From positions 1 to 64,000 of IMG/VR virus record IMGVR_UViG_3300028920_000026: a stretch of 64,000 bases of DNA; one strand, 5' to 3'. Below the pieces are notes generated by a model. That model searched no databases and was not told the origin of the DNA. It saw only the letters and a program-made list of their open reading frames with translations. Made by a program: the position numbers and the translations under genes. Positions 45,033 through 52,658 of the stretch are shown piece after piece. The stretch is from a virus. The first letter of the stretch is position 1. Each line of letters opens with the position of its first letter.

Positions 45033-45242
45033 ATGCCTGGACGTGGTACCTCTGATTGGGTCGGAGACGAGGGAAACTACACTCACAAGGAGTACAGCGA
45101 CATCGAGCTCGAAACGATCCCACCTCAGCCTCGCACGGGCGCGATCCCAGACGAGGCGAAATGGCACTTCGGTGCTGTTACTCAGAACGTTGATCCGAAG
45201 AACATCGCGGTCCCGCCACCCCGCCGCAACCGTGCAGCGTAA
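45033..45242 (+). CDS. hypothetical small protein
   Basis: 69-aa ORF. Confidence 0.3.
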   Translation: MPGRGTSDWVGDEGNYTHKEYSDIELETIPPQPRTGAIPDEAKWHFGAVTQNVDPKNIAVPPPRRNRAA

Positions 45243-45266
45243 TCGTCTGGGTGGTATTGTACCACC

Positions 45267-45773
45267 ATGGCAGCCAACAAAGTTCCCCCGCAGCAGCTAA
45301 CGACCGAAGACGACCTCACGCTCCTCATGACAGTCACGGAGCCTGACGAGGCGGCCTACGAAGACTGGGTCGATGAAGAGACAGGCGAGGTCCTCTGGTG
45401 TGCCAACGAGCGCGCCGATGAGTGTCGCCTGCACCCTGTTTTCGTCGCCCGTCAAGCGGACGAGCTGCGTGCACGCAGCGAATGGACGACGAAGCTCTTG
45501 GATGATCCGCTGGGTCTCCTTAACGAGCTCATTGATGCATACGTCAAGGAACACGCGGACGCAGACGCATGTCGTGACCTCGGCATAGGTCCAAATGATG
45601 TAGAGATGTTCTATGATCTTGCTGAGTCGTTCTTCTTTAGTGAGACCCGTTGGCGCGAGGTGCTCGACTACGTAGATGATGAATTCTACGACGAGCCTCT
45701 CAACAAGGCGTTCGTCCAACGAATGGTCGCTGAGCAGCTGCACAGTGCCTTGGCGGATCAGTTGAGATACTGA
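45267..45773 (+). CDS. hypothetical acidic protein
   Basis: 168 aa, highly acidic; 'tGGTATTGTACCACCATGG' context. Confidence 0.45.
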   Translation: MAANKVPPQQLTTEDDLTLLMTVTEPDEAAYEDWVDEETGEVLWCANERADECRLHPVFVARQADELRARSEWTTKLLDDPLGLLNELIDAYVKEHADADACRDLGIGPNDVEMFYDLAESFFFSETRWREVLDYVDDEFYDEPLNKAFVQRMVAEQLHSALADQLRY

Positions 45774-45915
45774 AGGATGAAGAAACCCAGCGCGAGTTGT
45801 GGCTGATGGTGTTCACGGTGGCGATGCAAAGCCTGCGTCAATCCCAAATTCCTGCTAGTACGAAGTACTCCGACCCTCGACATAAATCGTCACCATGACG
45901 CCAACGATCACAAGA

Positions 45916-45932
45916 GGTATACTGAGACCATG
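45916..45932 (+). promoter_or_regulatory. GGTATACT-N6-ATG start motif (leaderless-type promoter/initiation element)
   Basis: 'ggtatactgagaccATG'; -10-like TATACT exactly 6 nt before the start codon. Confidence 0.5.
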
Positions 45933-46220
45933 GACAGCAAGGAACTCATCGAACTCATCAAGGCTGCGGAATGTAAACCCTACGCGTACAGCGGGAGAGG
46001 GATGTTCGGAAGGCAGTGTATTGCATTCAATACAGACATGTCGTCGATCGTCGCGCTCGCCACGATCGTACAGGTAGCATGCGACGTCTATGATGATGTT
46101 GGCGACATTCGAGAAGCCGCAGAGGCGATTGAGAACGCGCAATCTGACGGTATGGGTATGAACAGTGTGATCTACTTTCCGGCGTATGAGTGGATCGAAG
46201 ACCACGAGGAAGAGGGCTAA
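45930..46220 (+). CDS. hypothetical small protein
   Basis: 96 aa; canonical 'gaGGTATACTGAGACCATGG'. Confidence 0.5.
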   Translation: MDSKELIELIKAAECKPYAYSGRGMFGRQCIAFNTDMSSIVALATIVQVACDVYDDVGDIREAAEAIENAQSDGMGMNSVIYFPAYEWIEDHEEEG

Positions 46221-46242
46221 GGGCTGGGGCATAGTGCTGACC

Positions 46243-46563
46243 ATGGAAATGATCGAGCTGCTGCAGAGGTTGAAGACGTACGCTGAAGTCTACGGGCTCG
46301 TCTACCGCGACAGCACCAGGTTCAAGGAGATCTGGAGCGACATCGACGCGGAGGATTGGATCGAGTGTGGCATCATCGGCGTAGCATTCTATGAACTGGA
46401 CGGGCTGTCTCCCCAGGGTGTCGTCTTCGTCAAGGCGAACGGCACTGTGGAGGCGCTTACCAAGTGGAGCATTGACATGATGGAGGATCGCATCGAAGAC
46501 GTCACTTTTTGCTTCCTACACTGGGAGGCTATGTTTCGACCGCGCCTCCATGCAGAGAATTGA
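46243..46563 (+). CDS. hypothetical protein
   Basis: Start taken at 'MEMIELLQRL', preceded by 'GCATAGTGCTGACCATGG' (motif variant). Confidence 0.4.
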   Translation: MEMIELLQRLKTYAEVYGLVYRDSTRFKEIWSDIDAEDWIECGIIGVAFYELDGLSPQGVVFVKANGTVEALTKWSIDMMEDRIEDVTFCFLHWEAMFRPRLHAEN

Positions 46564-46583
46564 GAAATGAGGTAGGATCTACC

Positions 46584-46748
46584 ATGCTCGACAAAGACGA
46601 TACGTTTGACCCATTCAAGTGGTTCTTCGGGATGTTCGCATCTTTCGGGTGCGGATTTGTGGTCGTGTGGGTGGTCTCGGCATTGGCTTCATTGGCTCTC
46701 ATCGCCGCCCTCATTTACCTGATTGTCAAGTTTGCCGGAACCCTGTGA
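46584..46748 (+). CDS. small membrane peptide (54 aa)
   Basis: 'MLDKDDTFDPFKWFFGMFASFGCGFVVVWVVSALASLALIAALIYLIVKF'; 'GGTAGGATCTACCATG' context. Confidence 0.45.
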   Translation: MLDKDDTFDPFKWFFGMFASFGCGFVVVWVVSALASLALIAALIYLIVKFAGTL

Positions 46749-46782
46749 GTGCCCTAGCCTTCGGGTTGAGGTATACTGACTC

Positions 46783-46989
46783 ATGATCCGTGACACCCAG
46801 ATCAGACGCGCAGCGGACGAGCTCTTCTACAAGGGCAGGTACGTGGGAAACTCGCTCCTCGCAGCGGCGGGAGAGATCCTGCTCAAGGAGTATAATATCG
46901 CTCAGCATCCAACGTGTAGCAACAGTGCAGCGTCGGCTGCCGTCTACATGCCGCCTCACACTCCAGGTGTCCCTGCTTTGAAGCGGTGA
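46783..46989 (+). CDS. hypothetical small protein
   Basis: 68 aa; 'gaGGTATACTgactcATG'. Confidence 0.45.
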   Translation: MIRDTQIRRAADELFYKGRYVGNSLLAAAGEILLKEYNIAQHPTCSNSAASAAVYMPPHTPGVPALKR

Positions 46990-47006
46990 CGAATCGACCT
47001 CGAAAG

Positions 47007-47023
47007 AGTATACTAAGATCATG
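47007..47023 (+). promoter_or_regulatory. GGTATACT-N6-ATG start motif
   Basis: 'gagtatactaagatcATG'. Confidence 0.5.
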
Positions 47024-47224
47024 GAGAAAACAGTCACTGTCGACCTCGTAACACCAACACTTCACCAGCGCGTCGTTCTTCGTGCGCTTAGCACCGTCTG
47101 CCTGCGCGATCCGGTCGCCGCAGCGTACGACCGACACGCTGCCTTCGTCTACCACGGAGCACCGTTCAGCGAATCCGCCTGGGATTGCGTCCGCTTGCAC
47201 GCTGAGAAGATCGGCGTAGCTTAA
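47021..47224 (+). CDS. hypothetical small protein
   Basis: 67 aa; 'gaGTATACTAAGATCATGG'. Confidence 0.45.
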   Translation: MEKTVTVDLVTPTLHQRVVLRALSTVCLRDPVAAAYDRHAAFVYHGAPFSESAWDCVRLHAEKIGVA

Positions 47225-47291
47225 CAACGATCGTTTAAAAGTTCATAGCAACACTGTGACGCCGTTGGCGTCCAGTGGTTAAGGTAGAACC

Positions 47292-47519
47292 ATGGGTAGG
47301 GAAGAAAAGATCAAGGCGCTGAAGGACATTCTCATGTCCTGCGGAGACACCCAGGACTTTCTCGAGCTCGTTGCTGACATGTACGACGAGTTCAACACTG
47401 AGAACCTTGACCCGAAGTGGGATGACTACGAGCCTCAGAAGCTCGACGCAGACGCTGCGTCGAAGCTCATCAGAGAGTGTGCCGCGGGGGTTGGCGTGTT
47501 GGAACAGACGTGGTTGTGA
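47292..47519 (+). CDS. hypothetical small acidic protein
   Basis: 75 aa; 'ttaaGGTAGAACCATGG'. Confidence 0.45.
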   Translation: MGREEKIKALKDILMSCGDTQDFLELVADMYDEFNTENLDPKWDDYEPQKLDADAASKLIRECAAGVGVLEQTWL

Positions 47520-47530
47520 GACAACAGGAG

Positions 47531-47595
47531 AGGCCCTCTCGGGTCTCTCTCGAGACCTTTCTTGGGTCCTAGGTAGGATTCCATACGTACGCCTC
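47531..47595 (+). repeat. ~65-nt intergenic repeat containing TAGGTAGGATTCCATACGTACG (copy 1)
   Basis: Shares 'ccctctcggg' and an exact 22-mer with 51281..51345. Confidence 0.45.
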
Positions 47596-47645
47596 AGGCC
47601 CTCACGAGGGCAGCCTCGAGGCATGTGCCGCGGACCCCCATAGGG

Positions 47646-47662
47646 GATATACTAAGATCATG
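47646..47662 (+). promoter_or_regulatory. GGTATACT-N6-ATG start motif
   Basis: 'ggatatactaagatcATG'. Confidence 0.5.
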
Positions 47663-47848
47663 GCAACCAACGTACAGAAGGCGCAGAAGCTCAGTGAGCT
47701 CGCAGAGGTCATCGCAAAGAATCGTCCATCCGAAAAACAGATTCGAGAGGCGTGCAGAAGCATCGCTCGCCAGTTTGGCGTTAGGGTGAAGGACGTCCGC
47801 GGGTTGGTGGACGCAGCGGTTGCGCTGTACAACGGAAGGATCCAATGA
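47660..47848 (+). CDS. small protein, founder of a 3-member paralog set (ACR..A..G..V.DV.GLVD motif)
   Basis: 62 aa; '...EKQIREACRSIARQFGVRVKDVRGLVDAAVALY'; canonical 'GGATATACTAAGATCATGGCAAC'. Confidence 0.5.
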   Translation: MATNVQKAQKLSELAEVIAKNRPSEKQIREACRSIARQFGVRVKDVRGLVDAAVALYNGRIQ

Positions 47849-48123
47849 TTGACATAGGAACGATGAGAGACATCTTCTCCCGACTTGGCTACACTGTCGT
47901 TGACAACAACGCGGCAACGAAACCAGATTCTGATGCGTTCATCGTCGTGGTGCCAGATGACAAGGTAGGTGAAGTCATCGCTAAGGTCATCCAAGAGGCG
48001 CTCATTGCAGCAAACGAAAATGGGCACTTCAATCTTGACACAGTTGATGAGGTCGTTTCAGCTGTGTCGTACATGAATGTTTGTCAAGGTTCTTCAGGTC
48101 AGTTTCTGCTCTACTCTACGTGA
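47845..48123 (+). CDS. hypothetical small protein
   Basis: 92 aa; ATGA-coupled to the upstream gene. Confidence 0.45.
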   Translation: MIDIGTMRDIFSRLGYTVVDNNAATKPDSDAFIVVVPDDKVGEVIAKVIQEALIAANENGHFNLDTVDEVVSAVSYMNVCQGSSGQFLLYST

Positions 48124-48179
48124 TCGATCGTCGCACGTCGACACACGACGGCACGCAAGGGTTGGTGTGTTTCCGGTTC

Positions 48180-48204
48180 AATCATGGTAGACTAAAACCA
48201 TCAA
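48180..48204 (+). repeat. conserved 25-mer AATCATGGTAGAYTARAACCATCAA (copy 1 of 2)
   Basis: Identical except for 2 nt to 49029..49053; each lies ~40-60 nt upstream of a gene start in the cassette array. Confidence 0.45.
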
Positions 48205-48231
48205 CTGGGTGTGACGGACACATCCCTTGAG

Positions 48232-48248
48232 AGTATACTGAGACCATG
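48232..48248 (+). promoter_or_regulatory. GGTATACT-N6-ATG start motif
   Basis: 'gagtatactgagaccATG'. Confidence 0.5.
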
Positions 48249-48527
48249 ATGGACAGGAAACTCGCGGAACGACTTCTCACGATCCTGGACGAGTTTGCAA
48301 GCAAGCATGATCTCGTCTACGATCCCGATGAGTTCGATGCAGAAAGTCTCATAGGGGCATTCAACGCTGGTGAGGAACTTCCATGCGTCAACAGCATGCC
48401 GTTCGAAGGTTATGAGGTCCTCTGGATCAATTATGACGGAAAGTTAGAATACTTTTCGGGTCCTTCGCTCCGGCATAAAATAGCAGACGTCGAAAGCTTC
48501 GATCCGAACAAAGTAATAATCCCGTAA
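48246..48527 (+). CDS. hypothetical small protein
   Basis: 93 aa; 'gaGAGTATACTGAGACCATGa'. Confidence 0.45.
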   Translation: MMDRKLAERLLTILDEFASKHDLVYDPDEFDAESLIGAFNAGEELPCVNSMPFEGYEVLWINYDGKLEYFSGPSLRHKIADVESFDPNKVIIP

Positions 48528-48757
48528 GGACTCGATGGACAAGACATTCGCGCTCGTCGAGCTATACGACGTACACACGTGGTAATGCGTGGTTGCCAAG
48601 CCAGAGGAGGATCCGGGAGTGGGGTCCCCTGCCTCACTAAGGTGTGATGGTAGAAACCCGACTAAACCAACCAGATGATACCATCGGGATCCTAGGACAA
48701 CCCTCAGGGGGGTCGGACATCCTGTGCTGCCGAAACGGGTGTGGTACGGTACGACCA

Positions 48758-48948
48758 ATGGAAAAAACAATCACGATCGAACTAATCAAAAGTTTCTGCA
48801 AGACTACGGTGACCTCGCTGAGTTCATTACAAAGCATCTGAGCAACAGGTGCAGGAAGCGTGTAGAGACATTGCCAAGCAGTTCAACGTCAGTGTAAAGG
48901 ATGTTCGTGGGGTGGTGGACACTGCGATTACACTCTATGAGAAGTAAC
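48758..48948 (+). pseudogene. decayed paralog of gene 47660..47848 (two frameshifts)
   Basis: Three successive frames read 'MEKTITIELIKSFC' / 'KDYGDLAEFITKHLS' / 'EQQVQEACRDIAKQFNVSVKDVRGVVDTAITLYEK*'. This is colinear with 'MATNVQKAQKLSELAEVIAKNRPSEKQIREACRSIARQFGVRVKDVRGLVDAAVALYNGRIQ'. Its upstream motif is also degenerate ('GGTACGGTACGACCAATGG'). Confidence 0.45.
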
Positions 48949-49028
48949 GGTCCCTACCGAGATTCATTCAGTCGAACTCAGGATTTGATCGATCAACGAC
49001 ACACTACAGGCCAGTGCCGCGGCAGCCT

Positions 49029-49053
49029 AATCATGGTAGATTAGAACCATCAA
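49029..49053 (+). repeat. conserved 25-mer AATCATGGTAGAYTARAACCATCAA (copy 2 of 2)
   Basis: See 48180..48204. Confidence 0.45.
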
Positions 49054-49055
49054 AG

Positions 49056-49074
49056 GGGAGCGGCGGACGCTCCC
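49056..49074 (+). terminator. hairpin gggagcg-gcgga-cgctccc
   Basis: Precedes the ATG of 49091. Confidence 0.35.
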
Positions 49075-49090
49075 TTGGAAGGCAACCACG

Positions 49091-49354
49091 ATGGATCAAG
49101 ATGTACGAAAGAGACTTCACGAGATTTACCGTAACCTCGACGAGCTCCTCACCGAGCTCAAAGACACCATGCGGTCGGAGCCCGACCTTCAACCCTACTA
49201 CGAACCTGCCAGGGCGTACTGGCTGGCATCGTTGGATGTCGGTCTGAATGCAGCCGAGTATGTCACCTTCAACCCGACTTTCTCCGGTATGCTCGAGGAC
49301 CTCGGCATCATGGACTACGACGGTGAGTTCATCGAGTGCGAAGAGGAATGCTGA
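49091..49354 (+). CDS. hypothetical small acidic protein
   Basis: 87 aa; preceded by the hairpin 49056..49074. Confidence 0.45.
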   Translation: MDQDVRKRLHEIYRNLDELLTELKDTMRSEPDLQPYYEPARAYWLASLDVGLNAAEYVTFNPTFSGMLEDLGIMDYDGEFIECEEEC

Positions 49355-49382
49355 AGCATCAGCTCGGAATCTAGCACGGGTG

Positions 49383-49402
49383 CCCCTGGCTTCGGCCAGG
49401 GG
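49383..49402 (+). terminator. UUCG-tetraloop hairpin (terminator/insulator-like) preceding a start motif
   Basis: 'cccctggc-ttcg-gccagggg'. Confidence 0.45.
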
Positions 49403-49417
49403 TATACTCTAACCATG
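49401..49417 (+). promoter_or_regulatory. GGTATACT-N6-ATG start motif
   Basis: 'ggtatactctaaccATG' immediately 3' of hairpin 49383..49402. Confidence 0.5.
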
Positions 49418-49603
49418 GCATTCAGGAACAACAACGGCGACGTGATTCGCATCAACCTCGTGTCCAACGCGTTCTGCGTCAACAACGGGCCCTACGTCCA
49501 GTGGGAGCGCGCGACGATTGAAGGCCTCTGCAGCCAGCTTACGAGCAGCACTGATTGGGTACGCATCCCGTCTGGAACAGGCATCTTCACTCCCGCTTGG
49601 TGA
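49415..49603 (+). CDS. hypothetical small protein
   Basis: 62 aa; hairpin + 'GGTATACTctaaccATGG'. Confidence 0.45.
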   Translation: MAFRNNNGDVIRINLVSNAFCVNNGPYVQWERATIEGLCSQLTSSTDWVRIPSGTGIFTPAW

Positions 49604-49628
49604 GGATGAACGGTCGTCGATCGATGTC

Positions 49629-49648
49629 TGACACGGGAAACCCCGTGT
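49629..49648 (+). terminator. hairpin preceding a start motif
   Basis: 'gacacggg-aaac-cccgtgtc'. Confidence 0.45.
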
Positions 49649-49665
49649 CGGTCCCCACCTTCGAA

Positions 49666-49682
49666 GGTATACTGAGACCATG
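49666..49682 (+). promoter_or_regulatory. GGTATACT-N6-ATG start motif
   Basis: 'ggtatactgagaccATG'. Confidence 0.5.
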
Positions 49683-49994
49683 GAAAAACGCAAGCCAAGC
49701 GAGTTCGCGCTAGGAGACATCGTCAAGATGACGTCTTACGATGGCAAGGGTTTCTGCGGACGGGATCCTCACCCGAAACCCTACGATGTTGGCAAGGAGT
49801 ATCTAATCCTCAAGGTGAAGTACAACGATGGAAGCGACTTCGTGCCCATGGAAGGCGAAACGCAGGAAGACCTCGCCTTCACAGTCATGGACTGCCAGTG
49901 CCTCGATGGTACAGAGCGCAAGGTACAGCTCGTTGATCACGAGGTGGAGCTGGTCTCAGATCTACTCAGGGGCTTCTTCTTTGAGTGTGAGTGA
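49680..49994 (+). CDS. hypothetical small protein
   Basis: 104 aa; hairpin + 'aaGGTATACTGAGACCATGG'. Confidence 0.5.
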   Translation: MEKRKPSEFALGDIVKMTSYDGKGFCGRDPHPKPYDVGKEYLILKVKYNDGSDFVPMEGETQEDLAFTVMDCQCLDGTERKVQLVDHEVELVSDLLRGFFFECE

Positions 49995-50049
49995 GTCCTG
50001 AAAAAAGCTTCGACCGCGCAGTAGCGTGGTCGTGTGGTTGCCAATGCCT

Positions 50050-50095
50050 GAGAAGGTGGGGGCTTGGGCACTTCGGTTCGGGTCCCCACCTTCTC
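50050..50095 (+). terminator. long hairpin (12-bp stem) with internal cUUCGg
   Basis: 'gagaaggtgggg...cttcgg...ccccaccttctc' after the stop of 49680..49994. Confidence 0.45.
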
Positions 50096-50153
50096 ATTCC
50101 TTCACCGTTTCCCCGAGGGCTGTAGCCGTCTCGTGTTGTATACGGCCTGCGAG

Positions 50154-50170
50154 GGTATACTAAGACCATC
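50154..50170 (+). promoter_or_regulatory. GGTATACT-N6 motif with start codon mutated to ATC, followed by a ~65-nt leader
   Basis: 'gggtatactaagaccATC'; the real ATG is 67 nt downstream, after a second 'ggtataaagaatcATGG'. Confidence 0.45.
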
Positions 50171-50234
50171 GGACAGGAACGGCGCGGGAAGCGTCGGCGG
50201 ATGAAACTCAACCCACACGAAGGTATAAAGAATC
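50171..50234 (+). repeat. duplicated 5' leader (copy 1) between the ATC-mutated motif and the real ATG
   Basis: 'ggacaggaacggcgcgg.aag...ggcg..ATGaa.c.caacccacacgaaggtataaagaa.c' is ~90% identical to 52593..52658. Confidence 0.45.
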
Positions 50235-50567
50235 ATGGCAAACGGCACACACAAGGCAATGTTCCTCTCACTCGCCAGCCTCCTCACCGGCAGCATCTTG
50301 ATGTTCTGCGCGGTCTATTCTGGAACGCATCACTCTCCCGTATCGGTCCCGACGTACGAGGACACGGTCACCCAACCTGTTCCAGTCGAGGTCACCCCCG
50401 ACGTCACCGAGGTCGAGACGGTCACCATCTCGGTTAAGGCACCTCCAAAGCGTGGCAGTGTCATGAAGCTCGGCGAGAGCCGCAAGGTCACGGGTCGGTG
50501 CTGGAAACAGGCCCTCGAGCAAGGCGGCAGTCCAGACGCCCCGAACGTCATCGTCTGCGACCTCTGA
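50235..50567 (+). CDS. secreted/membrane-anchored small protein (paralog of 52659..52985)
   Basis: 110 aa; N-terminal hydrophobic 'AMFLSLASLLTGSILMFCAVYSG'; C-terminus '...GRCWKQALEQGGSPDAPNVIVCDL' parallels the paralog '...KRCFEHVMAQQGRPRARSVIVCE'. Confidence 0.55.
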   Translation: MANGTHKAMFLSLASLLTGSILMFCAVYSGTHHSPVSVPTYEDTVTQPVPVEVTPDVTEVETVTISVKAPPKRGSVMKLGESRKVTGRCWKQALEQGGSPDAPNVIVCDL

Positions 50568-50579
50568 ACACAACCACAC

Positions 50580-50601
50580 GGGACCGGCACGTGCCGGTCC
50601 C
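50580..50601 (+). terminator. perfect 22-nt palindromic hairpin GGGACCGGCACGTGCCGGTCCC
   Basis: Directly after the stop of 50235..50567 and 10 nt before the TATACT motif. Near-identical copies occur at 52030..52057 and 52334..52355. Confidence 0.5.
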
Positions 50602-50611
50602 TCTCCCTCGG

Positions 50612-50628
50612 GATATACTGAGACCATG
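50612..50628 (+). promoter_or_regulatory. GGTATACT-N6-ATG start motif
   Basis: 'ggatatactgagaccATG'. Confidence 0.5.
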
Positions 50629-51183
50629 GAAACGGCAACCATGATGACCCCACAGCCTACCCTTGAGGCCGTCCTTGCGGCTCTCAACACGCAGCGTGGC
50701 CTGGAACGTGGCATCACCCTGATCGCCAAGCGACAGACGCCCGATGAACGGATCGAGTTCACCACGAAGTACGACAACGATCGGGGCTTCGAGGCATGGG
50801 CGGCACGCAAGGGGACCCGCATCGCAAACGCCGTCCTTGATGATGGCGCCCGCCTGACTCCTGGGTCATCATGGTGGGCCTTCGCACAGAAGGTGCTCCG
50901 TCGCAACAAATACCAGCTTCTGGAAGAGGCATGGAAGAAGTGGTGGCAAAAGAACTCTGCGCTCGTCACCCCCGGCACGGGCATCGAGCTGGCACACGGG
51001 TTCACCCTATCGGACGGGTCAAAGGTGCGGCACAACCACATGCTCCTCTTCATGGCCTTCGAGCCCGATCCTGAGGGTCACCACGAGGGACACATCGTCT
51101 TCCTCAACAAGGACGGCGTGCCCAAACGGGAGCATCCCAGCTACCTCTTCCGGCGCGTCAAACAGATCCTGATACCTGCATAG
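50626..51183 (+). CDS. hypothetical protein
   Basis: 185 aa; begins 'METATMM' from the same 'ATGGAAACGGCAACC' start as 51681; palindromic hairpin + 'GGATATACTGAGACCATGG'. Confidence 0.5.
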   Translation: METATMMTPQPTLEAVLAALNTQRGLERGITLIAKRQTPDERIEFTTKYDNDRGFEAWAARKGTRIANAVLDDGARLTPGSSWWAFAQKVLRRNKYQLLEEAWKKWWQKNSALVTPGTGIELAHGFTLSDGSKVRHNHMLLFMAFEPDPEGHHEGHIVFLNKDGVPKREHPSYLFRRVKQILIPA

Positions 51184-51280
51184 GGCTGGCTGGTAACGAT
51201 CGTCGATCGCCCGCTCGTCACGCGAGCAAAATGAAAAAGCTGGTACACGGTGGCTGCCGTTAAAATTTGACCATTCACGA

Positions 51281-51345
51281 GCCCTCTCGGGACCCTCTCA
51301 AGGGCCTTGGAAGGGCTTAGGTAGGATTCCATACGTACGTCAAAG
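51281..51345 (+). repeat. ~65-nt intergenic repeat containing TAGGTAGGATTCCATACGTACG (copy 2)
   Basis: See 47531..47595. Confidence 0.45.
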
Positions 51346-51362
51346 GACCCTTGCGGGGGTCC
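51345..51362 (+). terminator. hairpin ggaccc-ttgcg-ggggtcc
   Basis: Precedes the RBS and ATG of 51374. Confidence 0.35.
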
Positions 51363-51373
51363 GGGGGAGAAAG

Positions 51374-51607
51374 ATGAAAGACAGCGAACGACGGCTATTG
51401 AACGTGATCAACGTCCACGGGCACTCACCTAGGCGCGTGCGCAAGGCGTGTCGAAATGTAGCCCGCCGCCTCGGGATCGACAAGCAGTACGTCCAAGACG
51501 TTGTCGCGAGGGTCTTTGTAGCGTACTCACTCGACGGCACCGTGCTGCACCTCACGTACTGTGGTGCGGTACAAGGAATGCCGAGTTGTTTTTGGAGATC
51601 GTCCTGA
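51374..51607 (+). CDS. small protein, paralog of 47660..47848
   Basis: 77 aa; 'VRKACRNVARRLGIDKQYVQDVVARVF'; uses an SD-type start 'ggagaaagATG' after the hairpin 51345..51362. Confidence 0.45.
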   Translation: MKDSERRLLNVINVHGHSPRRVRKACRNVARRLGIDKQYVQDVVARVFVAYSLDGTVLHLTYCGAVQGMPSCFWRSS

Positions 51608-51666
51608 TGACCCCTTCGCACCAAGTTAAGGAAGCGAACAGCGTGGTGCGCTAACCACCACGAAGG

Positions 51667-51683
51667 GGTATACTAAGACCATG
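51667..51683 (+). promoter_or_regulatory. GGTATACT-N6-ATG start motif
   Basis: 'gggtatactaagaccATG'. Confidence 0.5.
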
Positions 51684-51965
51684 GAAACGGCAACCACCAA
51701 GTCAACCAAGCTCCGGAAAATCTACCTGCGCGGTCCCAAGGGCGACACCAAGAAGGTGCTCGTGCTCCTGGCCGGTGTCCTCTACGAGGCCGAATACACG
51801 GTGTCCTGCTACGAAGACCTCGGTGGTGACAAGTGTGAGGTCCTTGATGTCACTGATACCTACATCCACGTACGCCTTGGCACCGGCGTGGAAAACATCT
51901 TCACCCGGCAAGCGCTGGCCGCCGCACCCGCCCAGCTCGAGCTACCCTTCGCGGTCGCGGCCTAA
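51681..51965 (+). CDS. hypothetical small protein
   Basis: 94 aa; 'GGGGTATACTAAGACCATGGAAACGGCAACC'. Confidence 0.5.
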   Translation: METATTKSTKLRKIYLRGPKGDTKKVLVLLAGVLYEAEYTVSCYEDLGGDKCEVLDVTDTYIHVRLGTGVENIFTRQALAAAPAQLELPFAVAA

Positions 51966-52029
51966 CAACACCCGCAACAGTGTGCCCCGACTGAAGTCGG
52001 GGCACACTACTGGGACCATGGACCTCTGA

Positions 52030-52057
52030 GAATGGACCGGCACGTGCCGGTCCATTC
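52030..52057 (+). terminator. palindromic hairpin gaatGGACCGGCACGTGCCGGTCCattc
   Basis: Copy of the 50580 palindrome with an extended stem; precedes the TATACT motif of 52079. Confidence 0.5.
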
Positions 52058-52064
52058 CCTCAAG

Positions 52065-52081
52065 GGTATACTAAGACCATG
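52065..52081 (+). promoter_or_regulatory. GGTATACT-N6-ATG start motif
   Basis: 'gggtatactaagaccATG'. Confidence 0.5.
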
Positions 52082-52318
52082 GAAGCAACCAAACAAGCGG
52101 TAAAAGGAATCACTCGAGCAATCAAGTCACAGGTCGAAAGAATGGATGATTTCTTTAGAGATTGTTTGGACCTGTATGACGTTGATGATGCCAGCGTTCT
52201 GGAAATCAATCCGGAAGAGTTCTCCAAGATGGTCATTGATGCTGTCACCGAGGAACTCAACGGAGATCTGAGTGAGGTCTTCAAGGATTGGATGGAGCGC
52301 TATCAGGAAGATATCTAA
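52079..52318 (+). CDS. hypothetical small acidic protein
   Basis: 79 aa; palindromic hairpin + 'aGGGTATACTAAGACCATGG'. Confidence 0.5.
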   Translation: MEATKQAVKGITRAIKSQVERMDDFFRDCLDLYDVDDASVLEINPEEFSKMVIDAVTEELNGDLSEVFKDWMERYQEDI

Positions 52319-52333
52319 ACCAGAGGACCACAC

Positions 52334-52355
52334 GGGACCGGCATGTGCCGGTCCC
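52334..52355 (+). terminator. palindromic hairpin GGGACCGGCATGTGCCGGTCCC
   Basis: Third copy (one central substitution), directly after the stop of 52079..52318. Confidence 0.5.
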
Positions 52356-52575
52356 TCTCCTGGCTTTGAGAGAGTGAAAGGAAGAAGGACAGTTCGGGTT
52401 TTTCTTCAACACCAACGGAAACTGTGACGTGATCACTCTTTCAGACCATTGATGACGTTGACGAACTGGAGTCTGTGGGTACACCACTAATATTCCTCCC
52501 TCATTTTCACTCCTCTAATCCTAGTTGGTGGGGGAGAAATCCCCCACCTTCACCGTGTCCCCTACTTTTCAAGGG

Positions 52576-52592
52576 GATATACTAAGACCATC
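52576..52592 (+). promoter_or_regulatory. GGTATACT-N6 motif with ATC, followed by the duplicated leader
   Basis: 'ggatatactaagaccATC'; second copy of the 50154 arrangement. Confidence 0.45.
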
Positions 52593-52658
52593 GGACAGGA
52601 ACGGCGCGGAAGGCTCCGGCGCTGATGAAGACCAACCCACACGAAGGTATAAAGAACC
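52593..52658 (+). repeat. duplicated 5' leader (copy 2)
   Basis: See 50171..50234. Confidence 0.45.

Noticed and set aside
50268-51053. 261-aa minus-strand ORF across the 50235 and 50626 cassettes
   Set aside because: Antisense to two well-supported plus-strand genes and their conserved start elements; Arg/Ala/Ser-rich artefact.
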